Below are positions 12,332 through 24,568 of a stretch of DNA of 38,941 nt, one piece after another; the stretch's first letter is position 1; the number at the start of each line of letters is the position of its first letter. The stretch lies in contig NIVC01004660.1 of assembly GCA_002269645.1 (NCBI GenBank), forward strand, positions 1-38,941. Direction: 5' to 3'. The translations under genes and the position numbers were made by a program. This DNA comes from Macrostomum lignano (taxonomy: Eukaryota). Under the pieces are notes generated by a model. That model searched no databases, was not told the DNA's origin, and worked only from the letters and a program-made list of their open reading frames with translations.

Positions 12332-13409
12332 TCCTCAATCCAGTTATGCAAGCGTAGTCATAGGTCATCAGAATAGTTTTCTATTATTCAGCTTCTGTTA
12401 CAACAGCGCATGTGAACCCTCCGCTAATAATTGAATTTATGTAACAGTTGAAATTAAAAATATTTTACACAGACACACAAGCGTCTGTGTGATACGCAGC
12501 ACTGCCCCCTCCCCCTAGGGAGGGTTGGACAAATTTGACAGATCTTTGCCAACGATAAATAATGGGCTGAAAATAAATTCTTTATGACGCGCATAGCGTT
12601 AGAAGTTCTATACTCGTAGTCAGACTGGCGATTCTCAGTGCAGAAAAATGCTGCGTGGGCCCATATGAAAAACAGTTTTTATCAGTTCTAATCGTGCATT
12701 TCAAAGGTTTCTATAATAATCCGTTTGAAAACCAAACTTTGCCAGTAGTGCTCAAGGACTACTAAAGTATATACGTTGCTTTAGTTGTCCTTGGCAGCGA
12801 TTGGTAGATATTTTGCACCAGTTGGAAATTTGCTTGCGTGGCACTCTTGACGCTCGTGGTCCGCTGGGGAGGGGGGTGCTTTCACAAGTAAAACTTCACT
12901 TGCGAATAGATGACATTGTGAAGGAGGTGCTTCCAATGTTGTGAAAACCCCTCCTCCGACTGGCCTGAATCAGACTAAGAGAAATGAAGGCATATAATGT
13001 GTTCAAGTACAATTATTAACCATAACAAAACAAAAAGACGTCAAAACAACATATAGCTCGCAATAAAGTCACATCGGAAAGAATCAGTTGTCGGGGACCA
13101 TAGCTTGATGCATGCAGAATATTTTTATCAGCACAACTTTATCAAATTTAATTTGGTAAAAACGCGTCTTCCGATTCAGCGTCCAGGTAGATGCGAGTCG
13201 CTCATTTGCTAAACTGTGCGTGAACCATTGAATCCTATTATAAAATCAAGAAGATTGTAACTGTACGTGCCTAGAATGCTGTTCGGCCCAAATGTTTATC
13301 TTACTGTCCGTCGCGTGCCCTCCCGCTCTTATCATGCGTGCACCGACCTGAAGTCTGCGCAGTAATCTGTACGTCTGATGTGGTTCTAAACAAGCACCCA
13401 ACTTGGGGC

Positions 13410-13652
13410 TATAAGACTGGCTGAGGACTGCTGCTTCGCTTGAATGCTAAAACTAACCCTATTTATTTGGGTAAGTTGATACATTCGCTGCGTGAACAAG
13501 CTTTGTAAACAGATTTCAAATCCAGGGCAGCCGTTTAAAAAATTGTTTCATTCTCCCGGTCGTTCGATGCACATTTAAACTGCTGCGCCTTGTAAATCTT
13601 GATTTCTGCACACAAGTCTTGTATTAAAAGGTTTACCTAAACTTATTTTCAG
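13410..13652 (+). promoter_or_regulatory. Candidate TATA-like box (TATAAG 13410-13415) and 5'-UTR intron (13471-13652) of the cathepsin A gene
   Basis: Donor G|GTAAGT at 13471 and acceptor acttattttcAG at 13652, which lies 24 nt before ATG 13677. Confidence 0.55.
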
Positions 13653-13676
13653 ACAACTCGCGAAAAGCTCTGATTA

Positions 13677-14230
13677 ATGGCTAGACTAGACTCAATGCTG
13701 CTGCCTCTGCTGCTAGCGGCAGTCGGATCGTTGATCTGCCACGCTGCTCCTGCCGAGGACCAGGTGATGATTCTGCCCGGACTGAAGCAGCAGCCCGCCT
13801 TCAAGCACTACTCTGGCTACCTCAAGGCAGGCGGAGACCGGCACCTGCACTATTGGCTGGTTGAGAGCTCGAAAGCCGACCCGACAAAGGCGCCGCTAGT
13901 TTTGTGGTTCAACGGCGGGCCCGGCTGCTCTTCCTTGGAGGGCCTGCTGCGCGAGAACGGGCCTTTTCGCGTCAACGACATGGCCTGGCTGGAGATGAAC
14001 CCTTACGCTTGGAATCGAGACGCAAACGTCCTGTACATCGAGGCTCCGGCTGGAGTGGGCTTCAGCTACTCGGAGAGCAACGTCACGAAGACCAACGATA
14101 CTCAAGTGGCCGAAGACAACTATCTGGCTCTGAAGAGCTTCTTGGAGAAGTTCCCCGAGTACAAGGGCAGAGAGATGCACATCTCCGGCGAGAGCTACGG
14201 TGGCGTCTACGTGCCTACTCTGGCCGCCAG
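13677..14230 (+). CDS. CTSA: Cathepsin A / lysosomal protective protein (serine carboxypeptidase S10), coding exon 1 of 2
   Basis: Signal peptide, then [31 protein letters not shown] and the catalytic GESYGG. Donor AG|GTGAGT at 14231 (phase 2). Confidence 0.95.
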
Positions 14231-14483
14231 GTGAGTAGGAACTTGAATTCGAAACCTATTCGACGATCTGTTGGACAAACTTTAGCGCAAGATGGCCGGG
14301 GGTTTTCGTGCCATTCGCAGCTGTTAGGACCGACTCCCAACGTATAAAGAGTGTTTATTCCGGGCCGCTGTACACTCTTTGTGAGCGTGTGCATCCGCGC
14401 GTTTGTATCGTACGCGTTGCTGCAGGGTGCCTACAACCCTCATGCGAATGTTAATTTTTATATAACTCATATCGCAAACACAG

Positions 14484-15456
14484 GGTCTTGACTGACAAGA
14501 GCATCAATCTTCGCGGCATCCTGATTGGCAACAGTATCGACTCTTGGCCGCTTAACTCTCTGTCGCTAATCTACTTTGGCTACTACCACGGTCTGATTGG
14601 CTATCAGTTCTGGGCCAACCTCACCTCCTCCTGCTGCAACAGCTGCGTTGGCGTCCGGTGCGACTTCTATGCCGGCAAGTCGAAGCCGGCCTGCGCCGAC
14701 CTTCTGTCCCGCGCCGAGCGCATCACGGACGGCCTGAACATCTACAATCTCTACCAGCCGTGCTACGGAGGCGTACCTAAGAGTCGTCAGCAACGCAGCC
14801 TCCTAAATAATCTAATGTTTGACCATCTAGAGGACTCAACGATGGATGTCACCTCCTGGACTATGTTGATGTCTCAGGATGACACTCAGCGTGATTCATC
14901 GCAGCAGCGCCAGACTCAGCAGGAGTCGCCGTCGCCGCAGCAGGTGGCTCGGACCTACTTGCTGAGGCGCTCTCGGCAGGACCGCTTGGCCTCCATTGGC
15001 GAAGACCCGCCCTGCACGAACAGCACCGCCATCACCACCTACCTGAATCTACCTGCCGCTCGCTACGCCCTGCATGTGAAGGACGTTGGACCCTACACAA
15101 TCTGCAGCAACCTGGACTATACAGTCGAGTACAACGACATGACTCCTGTGTACCAGAAGCTGCTCAAGTCGGGTCGCCTGCGAATCACACTCTACAATGG
15201 CGACGTTGACATGGCCTGCAACTTCCTGCAGACCGAATGGTTCCTGCAGAATCTCAACCAAACCGTCACAACGCCAAGAAAGCCGTGGTACTTCGACGAC
15301 CCGGTCAACGGTCGCCAAATCGGTGGGTTCGTTCGCCAGTGGGCTGGCAACCTCACCTACCTGACGGTGCGCGGCTCCGGCCACATGGTCCCCGAGGACA
15401 AGCCGCAGCAGGCCTACGTGCTGTTCAAGAATCACGTGACGGGCTCCGGATATTGA
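14484..15456 (+). CDS. CTSA: Cathepsin A, coding exon 2 of 2 (joined protein 508 aa)
   Basis: Acceptor acacAG|G restores the frame (R-VLTDKSINLRGILIGN). Contains LNIYNLY, DPPCTN, the catalytic Asp (NGDVDMACNF) and His (TVRGSGHMVP). Stop TGA ends at 15456. Confidence 0.95.
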
Positions 15457-16446
15457 GAGCCAAATGACAGCCCGGTGATTAACATTTCGAGTATGCCGGT
15501 ATAATTACACCCCCTCATTCAATAGCTCAATAATCCATTTATTTATTCAATATCTCTATCTCGCATGATTGAATCCGCTGCTAGCTCAGAAAGCTAAATG
15601 GACTCTCGATAAAAGTCAATTTTTGAAGCGACTACTCCAGTATCTACTAAAAGCTAGAGTGAGAACATAATTTTACAATTCATTTGATTGATTGACATTA
15701 GCAATTAATCGCTTTGACTGTCTCTGTCTGAGTGAAATTTTCACGCTTCAGTCTGTTAATCAAATATAAAAGTTAAATCCTAACTTTTAGGAAGATTCTC
15801 TCAGAGTCTCTCAATTTCTATATATAAATGCCATTAGGAAGCGAGGCTATTACAAACGCATGAGGGAGCTAATGGAGATGGGAGCTGCTTGAGAGGCAGA
15901 GCAAGTAGCATCCTATTGCACAGCGATATTTATTTCCGAGTGCCTCACACTCTTCCAGATCGAATCAATATATTTAACACCGGCGTCTGTTCTGCATAAA
16001 CTCTTCAGCCTCGATGTTTATTCAACTTTGCTCGGCGCACGGTACAAAATGTCAGTTGGTCTCTACTTTGCAATTCAAACATTATTTATCAGTTTTTAGC
16101 TTTACAAAAACTACTGAAAACATTAACTTAGCAAAAACACACAACTACAGTACAATTTATTTGCCTTCTGACTGACAGCTCTCAGAGCAGAACTTACCCA
16201 TAATTTATTGACATGAATGTGTGCTGATCGTGTCCTCAGGTAACCATGGGTTTTTCTGGCATTTTTGTTGAAGCAAATGATTTGTGACTCTTAAAAATGG
16301 TGTACTTCGCAATCTTAACAGCGCCTGGATAGACAATTCAAGCTTGAGTTGTCTTGTTTGGTTCGCAACGTTCTCGAGAGATTCCACTCTCATTAATCTG
16401 ATATTTCCAAAACTCGAGGAGTGTTCACAGCCTCCCTTGAAATCAA

Positions 16447-16821
16447 CACCCTCCCAGATAGTTTCACACCCTCCTCCAGTAGTTTCAAAATCTTCCCAAT
16501 AGTTTTACACTCTCTGATAGTTTCACACCCTCCCTGATAGTTTCACACCCCCCATGATAGTTTCACAACCTCCCTGATAGTTTCACACCCTCCCTGATGG
16601 TTCCCACCCTCCCTGATAGTTTCACAACCTCCCTGATAGTTTCACACCCTGCATGATAGTTTCACACCCTCTCAGATAGTTTCACACCCTCCATGATAGC
16701 TTCACACCCTCCATGATAGCTTCACACCCTCCATGATAGCTTCACACCCTCCATGATGATTTCACACCCTCCCTGATGGTTTCACACCCTCCCTGATAGT
16801 TTCACACCCTCCCTGATAGTT
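16447..16821. repeat. 20-bp minisatellite (GATAGTTTCACACCCTCCCT), about 19 copies
   Basis: Periodicity read directly. Confidence 0.95.
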
Positions 16822-18376
16822 AATCTGTTTTGGATTTTTCGGCTTTTTTTCCAAAATTTAGACAGTAAATGAATATAACTGTAAGATAGATTAATGCATT
16901 ACTTTTTGTGACAAAAAATCAGCCAGTAGATTATAACAAAACCGTCAGATAGGCTGACAAACCCGAGAGCTGCAGTTCCTTCTCGACACTCCCTAGTCTG
17001 CAAGTTACAGCCTATCCCATGATTTCCATCTAGGGGCCTAATTAGTCAGGCTCGACTCGATCAAGCAGGTAAAAATCTGATAAAAAGGGCAGCTGAGAAT
17101 TTGCAACATGCCGTGATGTTGATTGGGGAGTCGATGAGGGGCAGCCTTCTAGGACAGGTGCAACCATCTGACCGAATAAAAAGTCAGAGAGTTTATTTCC
17201 TTTGACGAGGGAGCTCGTGTTTACAACATTGATCCCGAGCCGAGGGGGATGTTTTCGACTTTGAAGTTGATATCTAAGAAAAGCATATCCAGAAAAATAC
17301 GCGACTGTTTTAATCTGCTTAGGCATCGAATTGCCTCGCCGCCCCGTGCTAAGCCTGGATTAACGTCTGTTTGGGACGAATTGAATTTGAAAGCCTAATA
17401 TCCTGTCCCCGGGATACACAAGACTAGAGATGACATGCTGGTTATCAGTTCCGTCAACACAGAGCGTCATCAAAATCCACTGAAATCTGGTACTGATTTT
17501 CAAACGGTTCGAACTGTTTGTGCTGACAAATATTCAGCTGAGGAGTGCCCTGTGCAGACAGAAAATAAATGAAAATTGCGCCATCGATATAATTAAGCAT
17601 GTGGACTGTTGTGGGCTGCCGCCCTAGCCGATTGACTTGAAGGCATCCGTAGCCGCTTGATTGATTGATGAGCTGCTTACGTGTAACACCAGGTGACACA
17701 GTTCCAGGCTTAGTTTGACTGGATGCAAAAAAACTGTGTATTCTATTGCACTCATGGCAGAAAAATATAGTAGATGTATGCAGAGAGAGGGCCAGGAGGT
17801 CAGACATTGGGGGGAGGGAGGCTGAAAAAGCTGAGGGGTAGCTTATAGATAGCCCACACCTGGTTTATGGGAGTTAGTCTTTGGCAGGCTAATAATATTA
17901 TTAGTTGGATGCAGAACTCAGGCACAAAGCATCCACCCCAAAATTGAGTAGCCGCTGGGTCAATATCCACCTAATTGATCTCGCCAAGGTTAGGAATAGA
18001 AACCCATATAGCGTTGGAGACAGGGAATGACTGAGTAAGCAGCTCATAAAGAGTTACATTTCATAATGTTCCAGCGAAATAACACAATCTGCTGTTTTTT
18101 TGAGCACTGCATGGATTGCTTGGGCTCATCCATTTTGCTCAGAAAGAGGACAGGAGAGTGCAGCAGCTTCCGGACCAGCTCAGTTCAGGCTCATAGTTAA
18201 CTATCTTTTGCAAATGGAGAACATTACTTCACTTCCTATTGAGAGTATTTGTTTTGACCAGTCTATCTTTGCTAATAGATGCATTCTGTCAATTTGACCT
18301 TATTTAGATGGCTGCTTCTAAACAAAACTTTAGGTATTAGTTTAGGGCCTTGCACTGAAGCCCTGTTCTCTAACAT

Positions 18377-18736
18377 ATGCCAGATTATGCCAGACTATGT
18401 CAGACTATGCCAGACTATGGCCAGACTATGGCCAGACTATGCCAGACTATGGCCAGACTATGCCAGATTATGCCAGACTATGCCAGACTATGGCCAGACT
18501 ATGCCAGACTATGCCAGACTATGGCCAGACTATGTCAGACTATGCCAGACTATGGCCAGACTATGCCAGATTATGCCAGACTATGGCCAGACTATGGCCA
18601 GACTATGCCAGATTATGCCAGACTATGCCAGACTATGCCAGACTATGCCAGACTATGCCAGACTATGCCAGACTATGCCAGACTAGGCCAGATTATGGCC
18701 AGATTATGCCAGACTATGCCAGACTATGCCAGGCTA
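18377..18736. repeat. 10/11-bp minisatellite (ATGCCAGACT / ATGGCCAGACT), about 35 copies
   Basis: Periodicity read directly. The MPDYARLCQT ORFs are repeat translations. Confidence 0.96.
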
Positions 18737-19404
18737 TTCTATATATGAACGAAAAGATTTGCACTACAAAAATACCATGTTCAAACATTTTGAAATGTAA
18801 CGCTGCATATTTTTTGCTTTCCAGCAAGTCTTTAAAAAAGTGCTTTGGAAGAATAATTGCCATAAAAGTCCCGAACCGAATGAGACTTCGTCAATTTGAT
18901 GTGCTGTTTGAAAATTTTAGATCCACGACCGAAAACTTCATGATCTTTGTAATTAACTTGTCCAGTTTGACTCCCCCCCCAGCCATGAACCAATAGCAGC
19001 AAGGAGCATTCGTGTAAACTACGAGTTGTTATTCACTAAGCCAGCATCAAATTTCGCGTCGGCAAAACTGTCAAAAACACGCAGATTCATTTGCTCTTTG
19101 ATGATGATGAGTATTATTCGAAATTTGCAGTGTTGTCGGACCCGTTGAGCCGTAATAATTATCCTAGACAAGGTGAATGACTAATTGAACAGGCATTGGT
19201 TTATCCTTCCTGCCTCAGCCATCTCAGTCGCTGGTTGGTCCAGTTTCTCGGCCAGCCAACCAGAGTCCTTGTACACCCGTGCCTTGCTTCCGAGACTCCC
19301 CCCGACGAAGGGGGGCAATCGCCCTATACAAAAGAGCAGCCCAGATAAAAAATAACGGAAAAAATCGCCAAAACGGAAATCAATCACAACCAGATCAAAT
19401 CGAC

Positions 19405-19852
19405 ATGATGATGCTCAACGCTACCTCTTCAATTAGATTCCAACAGCAGCTGCAGCCTCCGCCGCCTCAGCCTCCGTCGTGCGCCATCTGTCGAACGGTT
19501 GGCGCCTCCCAGCACTACGGTGTGCTGACCTGCTCCGCCTGCATGAACTTCTTCCGTCGAACCGTAACCGAGAACCTCAAGTACCACTGCCTGGACGGAG
19601 GCTCGTGCATCGTGGCCGGCGCGGAGAACCGCACCAAGTGTCGCCAGTGCCGATGGACTCGCTGCCTGCAAATGGGCATGAAGCCGGAGTGCATCGGCGG
19701 CCCGCAGCAGCACCATCACAGCTTGTCAACGGCGTCATCCTCCAGTTTGATATCACAGCAGCAGCTGCTGCACATCAGCCATCACCACCGGCCTCATCAT
19801 CAGCGACAGAATCTGCGCAGCGGTTTCGACTTTCAAGAGTTCGCTCCTCCTC

Positions 19853-19886
<34 letters not shown>

Positions 19887-20625
19887 TCCACCGATGTCGC
19901 TCGGGCATGTCACAGGGGTGCAGCCGCAGTCCAAGCAGCCGGAGCGCGACTGCTATCCATCCGAGCAGCTGTGCTCTGATCCCTACCTGTACCACCTGTC
20001 CAGCATTGACATTCGCTCGCTGCGCCCCGCCTCGTCGAATCAGTTCTCCGCCGCGGCGGCCGTCTCAGCCTCCGAGAGTGCAACTCGACTCTACGTTGAC
20101 ACCTGGCTGGGCCTAATTGACGCCTTCGTTGCCGAGCTGATCCGCTGGTGCAAGGACCTGTCCGGATTCTGCAACCTGCGCTCCGCCGATCAGTCAACGC
20201 TGATCCGAGCAAACGGCACCAAACTGCTGTGCCTGCAGGTGCTGTGCAACTCGCTGCCGTACCAGGGCCGGCTGAAGATTTGCTCAGGCATGAGTCTGCG
20301 CCAGTTCGACTCCGGCTTCTGCTCGCGCCGCCTGTTCAAACGCCTCGTGGCCGTGTGCCAGTTCGCCACCGACATGGGGCTGCGGTACGCCGAGCTGCTG
20401 CTGCTGCGCCCCATCTTCCTGCTGGATCCGCCGGAGCACCTGCAATGGGCTAGCCTCAGCCAGGTGCGCGAGCTTCAATCTGGCTTTCTGGCCCAGCTGG
20501 CCCGGGTCTGTCCCAGCCCCGCCCGGCGGGAGCAGATGCTCATGCTAAACAAAGAACTGGAGGAATGCTGGCGACTCATCCTTGAACACCTGGAGGCTCT
20601 GATAACTCCCGGAAGTTCAACCTGA
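19405..20625 (+). CDS. Nuclear hormone receptor (C4 zinc-finger DBD plus LBD), intronless, about 406 aa; subfamily not assignable
   Basis: DBD CAIC-x13-CSACMNFFRR...C-LDGGS-C...CRQCRWTRCLQMGM. Hinge with Gln/His/Pro tracts, including a (CCG)n run at about 19846-19892. LBD signature WCKDLSGFCNLRSADQSTLI, ELLLLRPIFLLDP and AF-2-like LILEHL. The ORF-track start at 19279 is GTG; the first ATG is 19405. Confidence 0.92.
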
Positions 20626-22632
20626 TTGTGACGTAGACTTTATTAAACTAGATTGGACATTAGTTCCGCCGAGAGCCCGCAAACAGTTGGAACAGGGCAG
20701 GCGAAATAACTAAGCATTATTGCGTATAACTATAGCTCGCATTGCTATTAAACGAATAAATTTCTGCAACGTGCGTCTCGTTTCTGTGTTGCCAGTAAAA
20801 ATTCTCAAGCTATGCTTTAAACTATCGCAAATCAGCCCCTCCCTGACTGTGTATGAATCAACATTCCACATGCGTAACAATAATAAATTAATTTTTAATT
20901 AGCTTTCATTTATTTGATTAAGCAAATTTTGCCATTGCGTGAAATTGTTGTCTTTAAATACAAAAACTGTGGATTCGTCCCGTCTTGTAAAGTTCAGGTC
21001 TAACGACCGGCTTGGGAGTTTTTCTCTATCAAAATTGAGCTCTGCAAGACTGCTCAATACAGGCAGTAGTTATGCTTGCAGGTTATGAGCAGAGCGGGCA
21101 GGGGGAAGGGGATTGAAATTGTCTGACCTTGTATCTGTGTACGGTCGCATCATTCCCTCCCATACTTGCTCCTCTCGTCTCTGCCCCTGCCAGTCAACCC
21201 CGTATCTGTTAAGCTCATGCGAACAGGAAGGCGTGTGTTGCAGCCGCCACCGAGGCAGAAGCATGTTTATGTTACGCTGCTCAAAGTCGCTTACCCATCC
21301 AGCGCCAGGGTCTAGCAGCATACACTTCTAATTGTAACTGCTCGCGTAGTGAGTTTCTTCAGTTCCCCTGTGCCCAAACTCGGTCCCCAATGCTTTTAAG
21401 GGAATCAGATTTTGGTCAGCCCGCCTGCTCCACCCGAGTCTCAAACCCCTTCTTTCTCAGGATTAAAATCCCTCAGAGGCTTTATTTTCCAAAAAGATTT
21501 TCTCGTCTCATTCTGTGTTTTTCTTCTCTTGGTACTTCTCTCTCCTCCTTCCTCTATGTGGCACCGTTCTTTTGGCTTTATTAGGGCTTGCGAGAATTGT
21601 TGTGTCTCCAAGGCCGACTCTCATTAATTAGTTGCAGCGTAAATTCTCCCGCCCGGATCGGGGTGGCTGTGAGTTGCTGGGCTTTCAAAAATAAAGCTTT
21701 TTTGTTTTCTTTCCCGGCTTCAGCTGTGGCCTCAGTCCCCTCATCTTGACCGCTTCCAAGTCAGAAGTCAGTTATGAATTTTTATCCAAGAATAATGCAG
21801 GGCTTCCTGAGAAAACTAATTTTGTCGCGTTTTGAGTTTCAACTTGGCATTTTTTTGAAAACGCGACAACAACAGAGGGGGTGTTTTCTGTACTTTTCCT
21901 GCAATTTGGCAAGCGTGACTTTCTTCTTAACAAGTTTTTGTCACACAAAAAATTCATCGCGGTAAAAGTGCATACAGACTAGCGAGGAACAGATGGGTCC
22001 GTGTTACGTGGCGTGTTTTTATCTGAAAATCATATTTTGTACTCACGGGGTTTTTTGCTCTCCACTTGTCTGTCCATCCTGCTTCACCCCTTTATAGTGT
22101 GCTTTTTGCATTTTTCCTGCTTCTAGGAGAGATGCAGGGCGGAACACGTGGTGACTGAGGGCTGCAGTTGGATGTCAGCCCTTAAGTCCAGTTCAAGAAC
22201 GCTATTGTTCACACCACAGACATTAAGGCATCAATTATTACCAGGTAATTTGCGTAGACTGGGGCTTTAAGAAAAAAGTTTGCACTTCTCAGCTCTTCTA
22301 TTGATTTAGCAACTCAGGCACACACGCAACACTTTGCTTTTAAAGTGTCCCGCTAGGCTAAAAACACCTGAGCTCTCAGGTCAGTAATAAACTTGTTTTT
22401 CCCTTACTAATTATATGCGATCGGGTATAATTAAAGCCATCCCATCGATTCACAAAATTACAGAAGATCCTGATTATCGAGGGGTGTGCAAATAATAAAA
22501 ATTTACCTGTAGCACCTGTGGCTCACATTTGTTCACACCTGAATTAGAAGCCTTTAGGTGCTATTTTTTCTGAGCCTCTGCCCTACGGCTCTTTTTGACT
22601 GTTGGGTGTCCACTAAACTAGCAATATCTGGT

Positions 22633-22751
22633 TATCTGGGGGATGCTTGCTGTCTGGGGGATGCTTGCTATTTGGGGGATGCTTGCTATTTGGGGGATGC
22701 TTGCTATTTGGGGGATGCTTGCTATTTGGGGGATACTTGCTATTTGGGGGA
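22633..22751. repeat. 18-bp minisatellite (GGGGGATGCTTGCTATTT), about 6.5 copies
   Basis: Periodicity read directly. Confidence 0.93.
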
Positions 22752-23410
22752 ACGCTGGTTATCTTTGTGAAGGTTTTATTTTGTTGTGTACTTTTATGAA
22801 AAAACGATTCATAGCAAACATCTTTGTCCGTGACAATTATACTCGAATAAGTTTATTTATAAAACTGAAGAAGGAATACGTTCTTAAGAAAATGTGCCTT
22901 TTTAATTTTTGCTCCTTGCTTATTGGCCGCCCCGAAGGGGGGCACTGGATTGCTAGTCAGATATACTAAATTTCCGATTGTTTAGGACGAAACAACTTAA
23001 AGAATTTCAGTCATGAAATTTGTGAAATTTCATTAGTAACGTCAAAGTCTAAATGAAGTTTCTGGTAACTTCTTACTGAGCAGCAGCTACCGTACCTAAC
23101 GAAATAAGTACAAATAAGTGATATAAACTTAGCAGTGAGAAGGAGACAGGTGAGAGTTTCTAAACATCGGAGAACGCCGGACACTAAATGCTAAGCGGCG
23201 CTCTTCAAGTGTACTGACTGTGCTTCGCTAACTAAGCTATAAGTTTTACTCAGCCCACTTAGTGCCTGCACCTGTTGGTTAATCCGCTGTAGCCAAGCGT
23301 TAAACTAATCTAAAAGAAACAGGGGTATTTCCTGGGCAGCTGTAATCTTTAGGTTACTGTAATAACAGACTCTGTTTTAATTCCAGTCACAGCTCAGTTT
23401 TCCACTTCTG

Positions 23411-23680
23411 TCAGGCTTCCTGCTCAGCTTGCTGCTCCTGCTGCGGCTGGGCCTGTTGCTGCTGCTGCCCGCCCGGAGTTGGAGTCGCATTTTCCGACAT
23501 CCTTGACGTTGCGCGACTGTTGACGATGTCGTCCCAGCGTTCACCTGTTACCGACTGATTTCCCGACACGTTGGTGTCCATCTTGCGCCTCTCGCGTTCC
23601 AGCGCGCTGATGAATTTCGACACTTGAGGGTTGTCGCGCTCGCCGCGGCCCTCAATAAAGTAGGTCTTCACCTTGTTGGA
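23411..23680 (-). CDS. Gyc88E: Atypical soluble guanylyl cyclase, exon 8 of 8 (end of catalytic domain, Gln-rich tail, stop)
   Basis: Acceptor ttttcAG|TCC AAC AAG GTG AAG ACC TAC TTT gives SNKVKTYF, equivalent to the cyclase GKGxMxTYW motif. TGA at 23413-23411. Confidence 0.85.
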   Translation of the reverse strand, partial: SNKVKTYFIEGRGERDNPQVSKFISALERERRKMDTNVSGNQSVTGERWDDIVNSRATSRMSENATPTPGGQQQQQAQPQQEQQAEQEA

Positions 23681-23685
23681 CTGAA

Positions 23686-23686
<1 letters not shown>

Positions 23687-23768
<82 letters not shown>

Positions 23769-23769
23769 A

Positions 23770-23815
<46 letters not shown>
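23687..23815. repeat. (AGT)43 microsatellite in sGC intron 7, with one AAT interruption at 23769
   Basis: Read directly. The poly-Ser ORF 23624-23821 is an artefact. Confidence 0.99.
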
Positions 23816-24001
23816 TTTTAGATAATGCAGCTTTTTCGAAACGGTTTTTGGTTGATTAAAGTTTTATTCTAACTTTCGATGCTGATAAACTACGAGCGTA
23901 TTGATGGCAGTGCTAATTGTTCCAGAAAGTTCTAGCTTGTTCAGAGTGGTTTGGAGAGTCGCATTAATTGATTAGATGCTGTTTAAACGCAGGCGACGCA
24001 C

Positions 24002-24094
24002 CTTGAACTGAATCTCTTTCCCCTCGGCAAAGTTGTACACCGAGTATTTCTCCAGCTTTTTCCGGGTTGTCTCGCTCACGTGCAGACGCATGGG
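24002..24094 (-). CDS. Gyc88E: Atypical sGC exon 7 (PMRLHVSETTRKKL...EIQFK)
   Basis: tttcAG acceptor and AAG|GTGCGT donor, 93 nt, phase 0/0. Contains the conserved xIHVSExT motif. Confidence 0.9.
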
Positions 24095-24458
24095 CTGAAA
24101 TTGAGGTGGGTCTGCGAGCCTGCATTGCCCCAGCAATGTTCAACAGCCCAGCTATACGTCTCGACTATATGGGTGCAAGCAAACTAATTAAACTGATGAA
24201 AGCAATTTGAATTATTACTTTTAATTCTGTCTCTATTAAATGTTACTAAAGATGCTCCAGTCAGGCAAGACTTTAAGTCGTTAGAGGATTCAAAATTTTC
24301 AAATTAAGTTGTCTTCTTAATTAAATTAAACGAGACCAGACAATGACTGACAGGTCCAGACGAGTACATAAATGATTGGCCTTTCCCATGGTCTGACAAA
24401 TTCAATTGTAGTTGGTTTGCATGCACCATCAGCTGACTGAAACTACCAATAAACCCAC

Positions 24459-24568
24459 CGTGCCATCGGACTCCATCCGCGATGCAGTGTTGACGGTGTC
24501 GCCAAACAGGCAGTACCGGGGCATTTTGAGACCAACAATACCGGCCACAACCATGCCGGAGTGCGCGC
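24459..24568 (-). CDS. Gyc88E: Atypical sGC exon 6 ([37 protein letters not shown])
   Basis: Catalytic signature with the guanylyl-specific Cys (RYCLFGD). caacAG acceptor and ACG|GTGGGT donor, 110 nt. Confidence 0.95.

Noticed and set aside
17023-17202. Stop-free plus-strand stretch that reads protein-like (RLDQAGKNLIKRAAENLQHAVMLIG)
   Set aside because: I recognise no homology, start codon or partner exons. Similar unassigned stretches lie at about 540-730 (-) and 28960-29230 (+).
19279-19404. 42-codon N-terminal extension of the nuclear receptor in the ORF track
   Set aside because: It begins at GTG and covers promoter-like, A-rich sequence. ATG 19405 is the first methionine.
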